From an uncultured Planctomycetia bacterium (lineage in GTDB: Bacteria > Planctomycetota > UBA1135 > JALUZX01): a DNA stretch of 64,000 nt. The translations under genes were made by a program, and so were the position numbers. Shown here piece by piece: positions 55,851 through 64,000 of this stretch. The notes under the pieces are model-generated. The model had not been told where the DNA came from. It worked only from the letters and a program-made list of their open reading frames with translations, and did no database searches. Positions within the stretch are counted from its first letter, which is position 1; the number at the start of each line of letters is the position of its first letter. The DNA lies in contig CAZLQD010000036.1 of assembly GCA_964561605.1 (NCBI GenBank), positions 53,447-117,446 of the forward strand. Direction: 5' to 3'.

Positions 55851-58800
55851 CGGAGGCTCCAGCGGAAGAGAAGACCCAGGTTGTAGTAACCGAGAACGTC
55901 CCGTTCCCCCTGGAGGTAGATCCCGGGACTCAACAGGAAGTCCGCAACGATGTTCTCCGTCCCGTCGGGCCCGATCTCCGTTCCGATCTCCAGGGTGAGG
56001 CGCTTCGCGATCCAGCTCTCCTCCCCGCCGCCGGAAATGTAGCCCAGCACCTCTTCACCCAGGTAGGTTCCCAGGGTGCCCAGGGCGGCTCTTCCCCCGC
56101 CCCGGCCGCTGGGAAGGTAGCCCGTGGCCAGGAGGGCCGCCAGGTCCTTCCGGGTGTGGGGCGGCGAGGAGGAGAGATCCACCTTGAGGTCGTCCAGGGG
56201 GCCCTGGGCGGAGACGCGAACGTCCACGCTGTGGCGCCTCCCCTCGCACATCAACTGCAGCTTGGGCCTGTAGGGGTCGGCCGGATCGAAGCTGAGCCTC
56301 AAGGCCCGGATGGTCAGGCTCATTCCCGGAAGGTGGATCCTGCCTCCCTCCAGGCCCGTGACCTGGCCTTCCAGCAGGGGGGAACGGCCCGTTCCCTGGA
56401 GGCGCAGGTCCGCCAGGAGTGAGGATTCGAAGAGGTTGGTCTTCACCAGGAAGGGTTCCTTGGTCTCGATCCTCACATCGAAGCGGATCGAGCCTCCCAC
56501 GGGGTCCTCCAGGGAGAAGAGGGGCCCTTGGGCCGATTCCACCCGGATTCCTCTCCTGCGGAAGACCGAGGGGAAGTCCTGGGCAGCCCTGGCGGCGGCC
56601 AGGATCCCTTCGCTCAGCATGGCCACCCGGGCCCGATACCGGCAGGATGTGAGGGAGACCTTCCCTGTCAGGTCGAGACCCGAGAGAGGCCCCTTTACCC
56701 GGAGGTCCAGGTCGCCTCTGCACCGGAGGTTCGGGCTCCGGGAGAGGAGGGCGTCCCTCCCCAGGAGGCGGAGATCCAACCTGGGGCGGCCCAGGAACCG
56801 TTCCACCTCCCCCGACACCCGCCACTCTCCTCCGGCAGAAGAGGCCTTCAGCTCCCGGACCACCACCTTGTCCGGGAGGACCTGGAAACTCCCCCGGATT
56901 CCCGAAAGGGCCGGGAGGCTGGAAGGAAACTTCACCAGCCCCTCCCGGAGGTCCACCGTCCCCTCGGGCCTGGGGGCGGCCCAGGTCCCGGAAAGTCTTC
57001 CCTGGAGGGTGATCTTGCCGTTCAACTCGCCGGGAAAGGGAAGGAAGCGGGAGAGCCGGGCCAGCCGGAATCCCCGGGCCCGGGCTTCGCCCCGAAGGGC
57101 GTCGTCCGGTCCGAAGGGCGACTTCCCTTCCAGGAAGAAGGCTCCTGGATGGACCGTGCTTCGGAATGCGGCCTCCAGGAACTCGGTCTTCTTGAAATTC
57201 GCCTGGAGAGCCCCCTCCAGGCTGTTCCGGGAGAGGTGGGCCCGGAGAGAGAGGCGACGGATCCTCTCCTGGAGGGAATCCGCCCCCCCTCCGGCCCGGA
57301 GGACCAGGTTCTCCCCCTTAAGGGAGATGGTGCAGTCAGGGCGGAGGAGGCTTCCTTTCAAGCGGAAAGACCCTTGGAAGGGGCCTTCCAGGCAGGGGAT
57401 GTCCGGGGAAGGGGGGAATGCGGGAAGGTTTCCCTCGAAGTCCGCCCGGAGGGAGAGCTCCTCTTCCAGGAGGGCCGTCTTCAGGATTTCCGGTCTCTCC
57501 AGGGATTCCTTGGGAAGGCGGGCCTTTCCGCGGATGCGGGTCACCGGGATCCCCCGGCCCCGGAACTTCCCCTGGAAGAGGCACTCGTCACCGACCCATG
57601 CCAGGTCCAGGAGAGTCTCCAGGCCCTGTACCGGCGGGAAGGCCCTTCCGTCCGGCCCGGGCCGCAGATCGAGGTTCCTTCCTTGGATCCGGAAGGCGAA
57701 ATCGGGCCTCCCTCCACTTCCCTCCAGGGAGAGAAGGACCTGGGCCTTTCCCCGGAAGGGAAGGCCCGGAAGCCCCTCGCCCTTCAACCCGCGGACCCAG
57801 CCCAGGAGACGGAATCTCCCCTTTCCCACGAGCCCCCGGAGGTTGCCGGTAGAGGGGATTTCCAAGGGGATGGGGAGGATCCCCTCCAGGGAGACCTCCT
57901 CGGCCTGCCGGAGGTTCTCGGCCCGGAGTTCCAGGAGGGTCCTCTCCCGGCCTGCCGGGTCGAGCCTGGCGTGGAAGGTGGGGGCGCCGGCCCTCCCTCC
58001 CCGGAAGAGGATTTCCCATCTCGAGGAAGAGAGGCCGGCTTCCACCTGGAGGGGCGGCGAGTCCGGCTCCAGGGAGAACCCCACCTCCTTCAGGGGGGAG
58101 AGGATGGTGACGAGGGGTTTCCAGGTGATTCCGGCCGGCTGGATCCCGGCGGCGAGGGAGAAGGCCTCCTTCCCTTCCCGGGGGGGGAAGGAGCCTTGAA
58201 AGGCGGCATCCAGACCTTCCCATTCCAGCCGGGTCGGCGGGAAGAAGAGACTTTTCCCGTCCAGGACGACGGCGCCCCGGGATTTCCACCGGAAGGGTTC
58301 TCCCTCCAGGAGCCCGGTGAACCGCCGGCAGACCAGGGCGAGCCCCTTCCTCCAGGAGAGGTCCCAGGCTCCTTCCCCCTCCACTGCGGGGAGGGGACTT
58401 CCCCGAGGAGGTTTCAGGCGGAAGACCCCTTCCAGGGAAGCCAGGCTCTTCCCTCCCCGGGCGAAGAACTGGAAGTCCAGCGGCCCGGGAGGGCCCCCTT
58501 CGAGGAGTGTTTCCAGGCGGATTCCCGAGGCCCATGCTTTCCCTTCCCAGCTTGGAGAGGAAAGGGGCAGGCGGGCTCTTCCCGTGACTTCCAGCCTGCC
58601 CCCTCCCCCGCGGATGCGGAATTCCTCCAGGCGGACCAGTCTCCCTCCCCGGAGGACGGCCCTGGCCTTCCCGTCCCTGAGTTCCGGGATGCCCCGGGCT
58701 TCCAGGCGGTTCAAGAGCAGAGAGAGTTCTCCCTCTTCTGGATCGAGGCCCACTCCGGAGAGGTGCAGGTCCAGGCTGCCCCTGCAACGGAGATCTTCGA

Positions 58801-59992
58801 TCCCCGCCGCTTCCCCCAGGCTCCGGAGTTCTCCGCCGAACTTTGCGGAGATCCCCCAGGACCAGGCTCCCGAGAGTGAGAGATCCCCCCGGGCCTGGAC
58901 CTGGAGGGAGGGCCCGGAGAGGAAGGCACGGGAGAGGACGAGCCTCCCTCCCGAGGCCTTTCCCTTCAGCTTCCCCTCTTCCAGGGGCAGGCCCTTCCTT
59001 CCTTCCAGGGAGAGGGCCCAGGTGAGCTCGCTTTGGAGGGGGCGGTCCAGGTCGATCCTTCCCCGGGCGGAAAGGGTGGAGACCTGGTCGAAGAGGGGGG
59101 GAACCTGGGCCGGAAGGAAGAGGGCCGCCGCCTGGTATCGAAGCTTCTCTCCTTCGGTCCGGAAGGCCATCTCCTTGCCGTCGATCCTTCCCTGGAAGGA
59201 AAGGCGGCCGAAGGGATGGCGCAATCTTCCCTGGAAGGAGAGGATCCCGGGGAACCGGGAGAAATCGATCCGGCAACCTTCGAGGCGGACCCGGGCCGCC
59301 CTTCCCCGGATCCTTTCCAGGATGGCGCCCCTCTTCAAGAAGGAGAGCTCCAGGGGGCCCCGTTCCCCCGGAGGAGCGGGGAAGGCGAAGGACCTTCCTT
59401 CCAGGCGGCAGACTCCCTCGGGGGAAAGGCGGAATCTCCCATCCTCCAGGTGGAAACTCCTCCCCTCCAGGTGGAGATCGAAGAGCTTGACGGAGATGTC
59501 CAGTTCGGGCCGGAGTTTCCAGACGAAGGGCGGCAGGGGCTTGGGCCGTCCCGGGCTTCCAGGCTTTCCCTTTTCCTGGTCCAGGTCGAGAGCCAGGACC
59601 AGGCCCCGGAGGGTGACCTTCCGGATCCAGGTGGGCCTTCCCAGGAGGAGGTCCCAGGGGGCCAGGGAGACCTGGAGCCGGTCCAGTTCCAGTTTACGGA
59701 AGACCCGGCCCTCTCCCGGCCTCCCCGAGCGGAGGTCGCCGATTTCCAGGCTCGTGATCCAGTTTCCCGAAAGCTCTCCGACCGTTATGGGGAGGTGGAG
59801 GGCCCTGGTGAGCATGTCCCCCAGGAGGGACCGGAGAGGACCGGAGAAGAGGGGGCCCCGGAAGAGATAGAGGACCAGGAGGAGCGCCGGGACCGAAAGG
59901 AGGACGAGGAGGAATTTCCTGGCGCGCCCGGGCTTTTTCTTCCTTCCCCCCCCGGGGGGTGGAGGAGGGCCTCCCTTGGAGTGGTCCACCAT
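55847..59992 (-). CDS. Translocation and assembly module protein TamB-like (AsmA-like, DUF490 C-terminus)
   Basis: 1381 aa with an N-terminal anchor FLLVLLSVPALLLVLYLF and a beta-rich body. C-terminus ...LEIGTEIGPDG...GYYNLGLLFRWSLR. 4-nt overlap with the Omp85 gene. Confidence 0.85.
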   Translation of the reverse strand: MVDHSKGGPPPPPGGGRKKKPGRARKFLLVLLSVPALLLVLYLFRGPLFSGPLRSLLGDMLTRALHLPITVGELSGNWITSLEIGDLRSGRPGEGRVFRKLELDRLQVSLAPWDLLLGRPTWIRKVTLRGLVLALDLDQEKGKPGSPGRPKPLPPFVWKLRPELDISVKLFDLHLEGRSFHLEDGRFRLSPEGVCRLEGRSFAFPAPPGERGPLELSFLKRGAILERIRGRAARVRLEGCRIDFSRFPGILSFQGRLRHPFGRLSFQGRIDGKEMAFRTEGEKLRYQAAALFLPAQVPPLFDQVSTLSARGRIDLDRPLQSELTWALSLEGRKGLPLEEGKLKGKASGGRLVLSRAFLSGPSLQVQARGDLSLSGAWSWGISAKFGGELRSLGEAAGIEDLRCRGSLDLHLSGVGLDPEEGELSLLLNRLEARGIPELRDGKARAVLRGGRLVRLEEFRIRGGGGRLEVTGRARLPLSSPSWEGKAWASGIRLETLLEGGPPGPLDFQFFARGGKSLASLEGVFRLKPPRGSPLPAVEGEGAWDLSWRKGLALVCRRFTGLLEGEPFRWKSRGAVVLDGKSLFFPPTRLEWEGLDAAFQGSFPPREGKEAFSLAAGIQPAGITWKPLVTILSPLKEVGFSLEPDSPPLQVEAGLSSSRWEILFRGGRAGAPTFHARLDPAGRERTLLELRAENLRQAEEVSLEGILPIPLEIPSTGNLRGLVGKGRFRLLGWVRGLKGEGLPGLPFRGKAQVLLSLEGSGGRPDFAFRIQGRNLDLRPGPDGRAFPPVQGLETLLDLAWVGDECLFQGKFRGRGIPVTRIRGKARLPKESLERPEILKTALLEEELSLRADFEGNLPAFPPSPDIPCLEGPFQGSFRLKGSLLRPDCTISLKGENLVLRAGGGADSLQERIRRLSLRAHLSRNSLEGALQANFKKTEFLEAAFRSTVHPGAFFLEGKSPFGPDDALRGEARARGFRLARLSRFLPFPGELNGKITLQGRLSGTWAAPRPEGTVDLREGLVKFPSSLPALSGIRGSFQVLPDKVVVRELKASSAGGEWRVSGEVERFLGRPRLDLRLLGRDALLSRSPNLRCRGDLDLRVKGPLSGLDLTGKVSLTSCRYRARVAMLSEGILAAARAAQDFPSVFRRRGIRVESAQGPLFSLEDPVGGSIRFDVRIETKEPFLVKTNLFESSLLADLRLQGTGRSPLLEGQVTGLEGGRIHLPGMSLTIRALRLSFDPADPYRPKLQLMCEGRRHSVDVRVSAQGPLDDLKVDLSSSPPHTRKDLAALLATGYLPSGRGGGRAALGTLGTYLGEEVLGYISGGGEESWIAKRLTLEIGTEIGPDGTENIVADFLLSPGIYLQGERDVLGYYNLGLLFRWSLR

Positions 59993-60026
59993 GCCTCCCG
60001 CGGTCTTCCCCGGAGAGAAGGGGTTT

Positions 60027-60449
60027 TCAGGGTGCCGGCGCCGGCCTGGCTTCTTCCAGGGAACACCTGGGATTCAGGGCTCCCCTTTTGACCAGGTTGG
60101 AGTCGTAACGTTTGACTTGGAATTCCTTCAACAGGAGTTCCAGCACCTTTCCCGGCTGGAAGGGCCTGCAGGAGAAGGCGTCGAAATAGGCCCGACCTTT
60201 GTGGGGATAGGTATGGATGGAAATGTGGCTTTCCGCGATGACGATGAATCCTGTGATCCCCGCTTCAGGATCCATGGGATCTCCCCCGGGATTGTAGGGA
60301 AAGGCGATGGGGGGAGTGAGCTTCTTCATCCCGATCTTGTCGGGAAGTTCGTCCAGGAAGCGGGAGACCCGCGCCAGGTCCCCCAGGGCCTGGGGATCCG
60401 CTTCCAGAATGTCCACCATGAGATGAGGTCCGTAATAATCCCTGTTCAA
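60027..60449 (-). CDS. speH: S-adenosylmethionine decarboxylase proenzyme, pyruvoyl type (SpeH/SpeD class 1)
   Basis: Self-cleavage/active-site motif IVIAESHISIHTYP. 140 aa. TTG start. Confidence 0.88.
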   Translation of the reverse strand: MNRDYYGPHLMVDILEADPQALGDLARVSRFLDELPDKIGMKKLTPPIAFPYNPGGDPMDPEAGITGFIVIAESHISIHTYPHKGRAYFDAFSCRPFQPGKVLELLLKEFQVKRYDSNLVKRGALNPRCSLEEARPAPAP

Positions 60450-60768
60450 TGCATCCGCCTCCGATCGGTCCTGCTAAGTGAAGGTTCCTCGACAAGGTCT
60501 CCCAGCGTCCTGGGCCGTACTACACATAAAGACTCCCTTGCATGCGCCGGGTGAGGCCGCCGCCCCATCGGCTGGAAACCCACCCCTTGCCTGGATCCGC
60601 GTCCGATCCTCCGGCGGCTCGGGGTGGGGAGGTTCCGGAGGGTAAAAAGAAAGGGAAAGGTCCCTTTGTTTCAACGGTAGAGTCGGTTTTTTTTGGGTTC
60701 TCGGGAAGGAGAACGCCCCGGGCCGAGGCCTCGGGGCGTCCTTCCTGCTGCCGGGATGCTGGTTCTTC

Positions 60769-61260
60769 TCAGCGACGGCCCTTCTTCTTGGGGCGTCCCC
60801 TCTTCTTCTTGGTGGTCTTCTTGGCGGCGACCTTCTTCTTGGGGCGACCCCTCTTGGCCTTCTTGGTGGTCTTCTTGGCGGCCTTCTTCTTCTTGGTCTT
60901 GTAACCGCGGCGCCTCTGGGCGTTGGCCTTCAGCTCCTCCTGCATGGCGGCGGCGAGCTTCCTCTCCTCGGCGGGAGTGATCTTGCCGGCCTTGCCGCGG
61001 ACCTTCTCCCTGGCCGTCCACCGGTCGTTGGGCGTGGGAACCAGGGGGGCCTTGTCGTCCAGGAGCCAGGTGGGGGTCACGTTGTAGAACTGGCAGAGCT
61101 TGAGGAGGATGTCCAGGGAAGGCATGGAGGAACCCTGCTCCAGGTTGGAGAGGGTGGCCTGCCGGATCGCCAGCTGGGTGGCGACCTTCTTCTGGGTCAT
61201 CTTCTTTTCGCGGGTCCTGAGGTAGTAAAGTTTCAGGCAAAACTTCTTGTTCTTGTCCAT
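60769..61260 (-). CDS. XRE-family HTH regulator with Lys-rich histone-H1-like tail carrying two RGRP AT-hooks
   Basis: HTH: MTQKKVATQLAIRQATLSNLEQGSSMPSLDILLKLCQFYNV. C-terminus: KTKKKKAAKKTTKKAKRGRPKKKVAAKKTTKKKRGRPKKKGRR. Confidence 0.8.
   Translation of the reverse strand: MDKNKKFCLKLYYLRTREKKMTQKKVATQLAIRQATLSNLEQGSSMPSLDILLKLCQFYNVTPTWLLDDKAPLVPTPNDRWTAREKVRGKAGKITPAEERKLAAAMQEELKANAQRRRGYKTKKKKAAKKTTKKAKRGRPKKKVAAKKTTKKKRGRPKKKGRR
60781..60882 (-). repeat. Imperfect ~51-bp tandem duplication inside the XRE gene, encoding the two AT-hook units
   Basis: Plus strand CTTCTTCTTGGGGCG(T/A)CCCCTCTT...CTTGGTGGTCTTCTTGGCGGC occurs twice back to back, differing by a 3-nt indel and a few substitutions. 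Confidence 0.7.
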
Positions 61261-61812
61261 TTCCGACCTCTTTCTTGTCTAGATCCTAGGAAAAGGGGAA
61301 TTCACGCCGGAGGGGGCGTAGACCCTCCGGGTGCGGCCGGCCCCGCGGCCGGCCGGGGAAGAATGCGCCCGATCCCTTCCCGGCAGCATGGAACCAGGGA
61401 GGTCCTTCCTCGGGCCTCCGAGTGGGATCGGTGGGAACTCGTAACTTGCATTTTCTTTCGTCTTCCCGCGGATAAGGGGCCCCGAAGAAGGGGACCAGCG
61501 GGAACGTCTCTCTCATTCCCTTGCGGCGGCCCGGGGATATCCCCTCTCTGCTCTTCCGCCGCCGTCCGCCCTTTCATAAGGAGCAAAAACCGCCCTGACG
61601 CGCGCCGGCTCGAAAAGGACTTTCTCCTCTCCGGCGCATCATCGACACGCATAGTTGATAGGGAATAACATCGGACGGTCAAGGGGAAAAATTGATTTTT
61701 TCCATCGTTTCCATTCCACCGTGGGAGGGAGCCGTTTCCTCTCCTGCCGATGTGGTGTTCCCGATTCGGGATTCCAGCGGCCCTGGAGGGCGGATTTCCG
61801 GGGGATCGGCCT

Positions 61813-63738
61813 TCAGCGGAGGGTTCCGGCGTCCCGGGCGCAACGGAAACCGAGAAATGTAAATTTTTCGTCGGGACCGGCCATTTCCCTGGCGCTGGAG
61901 CGCAGTTCCTCTTCGGTGGAACACCAGGATCCCCCCCGGAAGACCTTTCCCAGCCCGAAGGGCGGCCCCTGGGGATCCCTGACGATTCCTCCCCTTCCCG
62001 CCAGGGTCGTATACCAGGTGGCGCGGTACCAATCCGAGCACCATTCCGCGGCGTTTCCCGCCATCTGGAGCAACCCCCAGGGGGTCCTCCCCTCCCTGCA
62101 GGAATCGGCGGGAAGGAGCCAGAAACGCCAGTCCTTCTCCTTGAGGCGGAGCGGGGGGGTGGGATCGAAGTTGGCCAGGGATGTGGTGGGCCTGCCCTTG
62201 CCCCAGGGCCAAGGACCGGCGGAACGGCCGTTCCAGGGGGATTTCGCGCAGTATTCCCACTCCGCTTCGGTCAGGAGGCGCAGGCCCGCCCATTCGCAAT
62301 AGGCCCTGGCGTCCTTCCAGGAGACGCATACCACGGGGCGGTCCAGCAACTCCTTCGGGCATTCTCCTCCCTTCCAGTACGGCGGAGGAGTATGTCCGGT
62401 GGACTTTACGAACTTCAGGTAGCAGGCGTTGGTTACTTCCAGGCGTCCCACGTAGAAGGGCCTGGTGATTTCCACTGTGAGGAGGCTCTTTTTCTCTCCC
62501 CCGGGTCTTTCATCCGGGGCTCCTGTTCCCTCTTCGTCTCCGAGAATCATCCTTCCCGGAGGGACCAGGACCATGATCTGGCCGTCGAGCACGTTCCGGA
62601 TCGCCTTGGGAAGGGGTTTTCCCCGTTCGAAACCCGGAAAAGAGGCGGTTTCCGGTTCTTTTCTTCCTTCCAAGGGGGAAACGAAAGGCTCCCAGGTCTT
62701 TCTTCCCAGGGACGCGAGGCGTTTGCGAAGTCTGTCTCCGGCCAGGCGGGCCGCCAGGATTTCCTTCTCTCCCGTGATATCCGCCAGGGCCAGGAGGGAA
62801 CGGGAAAGCTCCTCCAGGTGCGCCAGGGCCGTTTCCGCCTGGGCGACGGCCTTTTCGGAGAGGCGCCCTTGGGATTTCGCCTTTTCCAGGGCGCGGGAGG
62901 CCGTGACCAGGGCCTTCTTCAGTTCCGCCCCGGCATTTTCCAGGTTCCCCGCACGCTTCTCGAAATCCCCCATCCAGGCCGTGGCCTTCTCGAGTTCTTT
63001 CCGGAGTTCCCTGCCCCGGGCGGAGAGTTCCTGAAAGCGTCTCTCCAGCCCGGATTGGAGTTCTTCCGCCCGCCTGGCCGCGGCCTCGGCCCGCTCCAGG
63101 AGGCCTCCCGTGAGTTTGGCTCCTTCGATCTGGGCCCGGAGCTTACTCCGGAGTTCTTCCACCCCCTGGATTCCGTTCCACGCAAAGAGGAGGATCCCCA
63201 GGCCCAGGAGGAGAAGGAAGATCCCCGCCGCCGGAAGGGCCGTCCAGGCCCAGGGAAAGGCCTCTCGGCGGGGTGCCGGAGTGTGGGATTCGAAGGGGGG
63301 TGGTGGGGAGGAGAAGGAAGGGGGATCCCCTTCTTCCGCCTCGTCCTCCGGGTAGGTCCCTTCCTCTTCGTCCAGGGTGAATTCTCTTTCCGGAAGAGGG
63401 CAGGGATCGGGTGGGGGGGGGCCTTCGTGCCCTTCTTCCGACCCCTCCAGCCATTCCGGGGCCTCGATCTTGTGGAGGACCACCGAGGGAATGGGGGAGG
63501 GAGGAGGGTTCGCCTCGCGGGAAGCCGCTTCCAGGGCCTCCTTCAGTTCCACGCTCACCTTTTCGAGGATTCGTTCCAGGCGGCGCAGGTCCTTTTCCCG
63601 TGCCCGGGAAAGGGGGCCCTCCCCCCTTTCCCCTTCCTTGGAGGGGATTCCCCTTTCCGTGCCGGCCTCCGTTCCCGGGACCCCGAGGGGTCCGCCCGGA
63701 ACCGGGTCCGCTCCTTCGAATTCGCCCTTCTTCCCCAC
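61813..63738 (-). CDS. Membrane-anchored formylglycine-generating-enzyme (FGE-sulfatase/SUMF1) domain protein
   Basis: GTG start with GGGGAG RBS. The N-terminus is acidic and Pro-rich. TM: AWTALPAAGIFLLLLGLGILLFAW. A coiled-coil follows. The C-terminal FGE fold carries PVVCVSWKDARAYCEWAG, GNAAEWCSDWY, RGGSWCS. Confidence 0.8.
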   Translation of the reverse strand: MGKKGEFEGADPVPGGPLGVPGTEAGTERGIPSKEGERGEGPLSRAREKDLRRLERILEKVSVELKEALEAASREANPPPSPIPSVVLHKIEAPEWLEGSEEGHEGPPPPDPCPLPEREFTLDEEEGTYPEDEAEEGDPPSFSSPPPPFESHTPAPRREAFPWAWTALPAAGIFLLLLGLGILLFAWNGIQGVEELRSKLRAQIEGAKLTGGLLERAEAAARRAEELQSGLERRFQELSARGRELRKELEKATAWMGDFEKRAGNLENAGAELKKALVTASRALEKAKSQGRLSEKAVAQAETALAHLEELSRSLLALADITGEKEILAARLAGDRLRKRLASLGRKTWEPFVSPLEGRKEPETASFPGFERGKPLPKAIRNVLDGQIMVLVPPGRMILGDEEGTGAPDERPGGEKKSLLTVEITRPFYVGRLEVTNACYLKFVKSTGHTPPPYWKGGECPKELLDRPVVCVSWKDARAYCEWAGLRLLTEAEWEYCAKSPWNGRSAGPWPWGKGRPTTSLANFDPTPPLRLKEKDWRFWLLPADSCREGRTPWGLLQMAGNAAEWCSDWYRATWYTTLAGRGGIVRDPQGPPFGLGKVFRGGSWCSTEEELRSSAREMAGPDEKFTFLGFRCARDAGTLR

Positions 63739-63861
63739 GATAGGCTCCCCATCCCGGGGCGGCCTTCAGACTGCCGGGATGGTCCCTCCCGGCAGCCGGG
63801 GCGCCCCCTTTCCCCTTGGATTCCTTCCTCCTCCATCGGAAGGAAGGCGCCCCTTCCTTGA

Positions 63862-64000
63862 TCAGCGCACACGGGAGAGGTAATCCGTCAGGAGGTGCCA
63901 TTGCCGGTGAAGGTCGTATTCCTTCACCCCCAGGGGCTTCTTGAAATAGATGGAGAGCCAGGTCATGGGCCCGGAATCGCCCCTGGCACCGGCGAGATCG
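63862..64000 (-). CDS. 3' end of an unidentified CDS continuing beyond the window
   Basis: The frame is open to the window edge and ends ...GPMTWLSIYFKKPLGVKEYDLHRQWHLLTDYLSRVR-stop (TGA, complement of 63862-63864). Only ~46 codons are visible. Confidence 0.35.
   Translation of the reverse strand, partial: DLAGARGDSGPMTWLSIYFKKPLGVKEYDLHRQWHLLTDYLSRVR

Noticed and set aside
60641-60740. Hairpins AAGGGA/TCCCTT (60651-60666) and ACGCCCCG/CGGGGCGT (60713-60739) with the T8 run, considered as a terminator for the XRE gene or for a plus-strand sRNA.
   Set aside because: The order of stem and T/A tract is wrong for either strand. On the plus strand the T-run is 20 nt after the first stem and before the second; on the minus strand an A-run, not a U-run, follows the stem. 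They are not called as terminators.
61302-61682. A 126-aa ORF (and 61286-61516, 61363-61668) inside the 552-bp spacer.
   Set aside because: No RBS, Arg/Pro/Gly-rich products and mutually overlapping frames. Treated as non-coding.

Overview
This is a visibly GC-rich (roughly two-thirds G+C by eye, not computed), densely coding 64-kb chromosomal segment. It comes from a diderm bacterium: TamA/TamB, a second Omp85-type barrel, TolC, two RND efflux sets and a PEP-CTERM protein are present. An anaerobe-style oxygen-defence island holds desulfoferrodoxin, a rubrerythrin-like diiron protein, ferritin and a flavodiiron protein. I support 47 CDS (the first and last truncated by the window edges), one tRNA-Leu(UAG), a fluoride (crcB-motif) riboswitch, one clear intrinsic terminator, a TetR-type operator palindrome, a sigma-54-type promoter candidate and one in-gene tandem repeat. 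Housekeeping genes recognised are asnS, a short-form metH, ispD, ispF, clpS, speH and a two-subunit class I fumarate hydratase. I saw no rRNA, CRISPR array, transposase, integrase or phage genes. Because of the GC content, most long ORFs in the six-frame track are shadow frames or 5' extensions; I trimmed them using start/RBS context and protein motifs. Leads for something undescribed, best first: (1) a cluster at 19.4-28.3 kb, mostly on the minus strand. It contains a 1214-aa membrane protein (DUF4388, tandem MshEN-type c-di-GMP-binding motifs, TPR, TM, PEGA, PQQ propeller), a lipobox+PEP-CTERM mini-protein, two HEAT-like envelope proteins and a TIGR03790-like secreted protein. (2) An Omp85-type barrel whose POTRA region is replaced by a HEXXH domain plus a TolB-like propeller, at the end of a TetR-TolC-MFP-RND operon. 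(3) An adjacent B12-radical-SAM / ~500-aa radical-SAM pair with no visible peptide substrate. (4) An XRE regulator carrying a duplicated RGRP AT-hook / histone-H1-like tail, next to a 552-bp non-coding region. (5) A fluoride riboswitch with an extra inserted hairpin. All family assignments rest on motif recognition by eye and need HMM or structure confirmation; start codons are best guesses.
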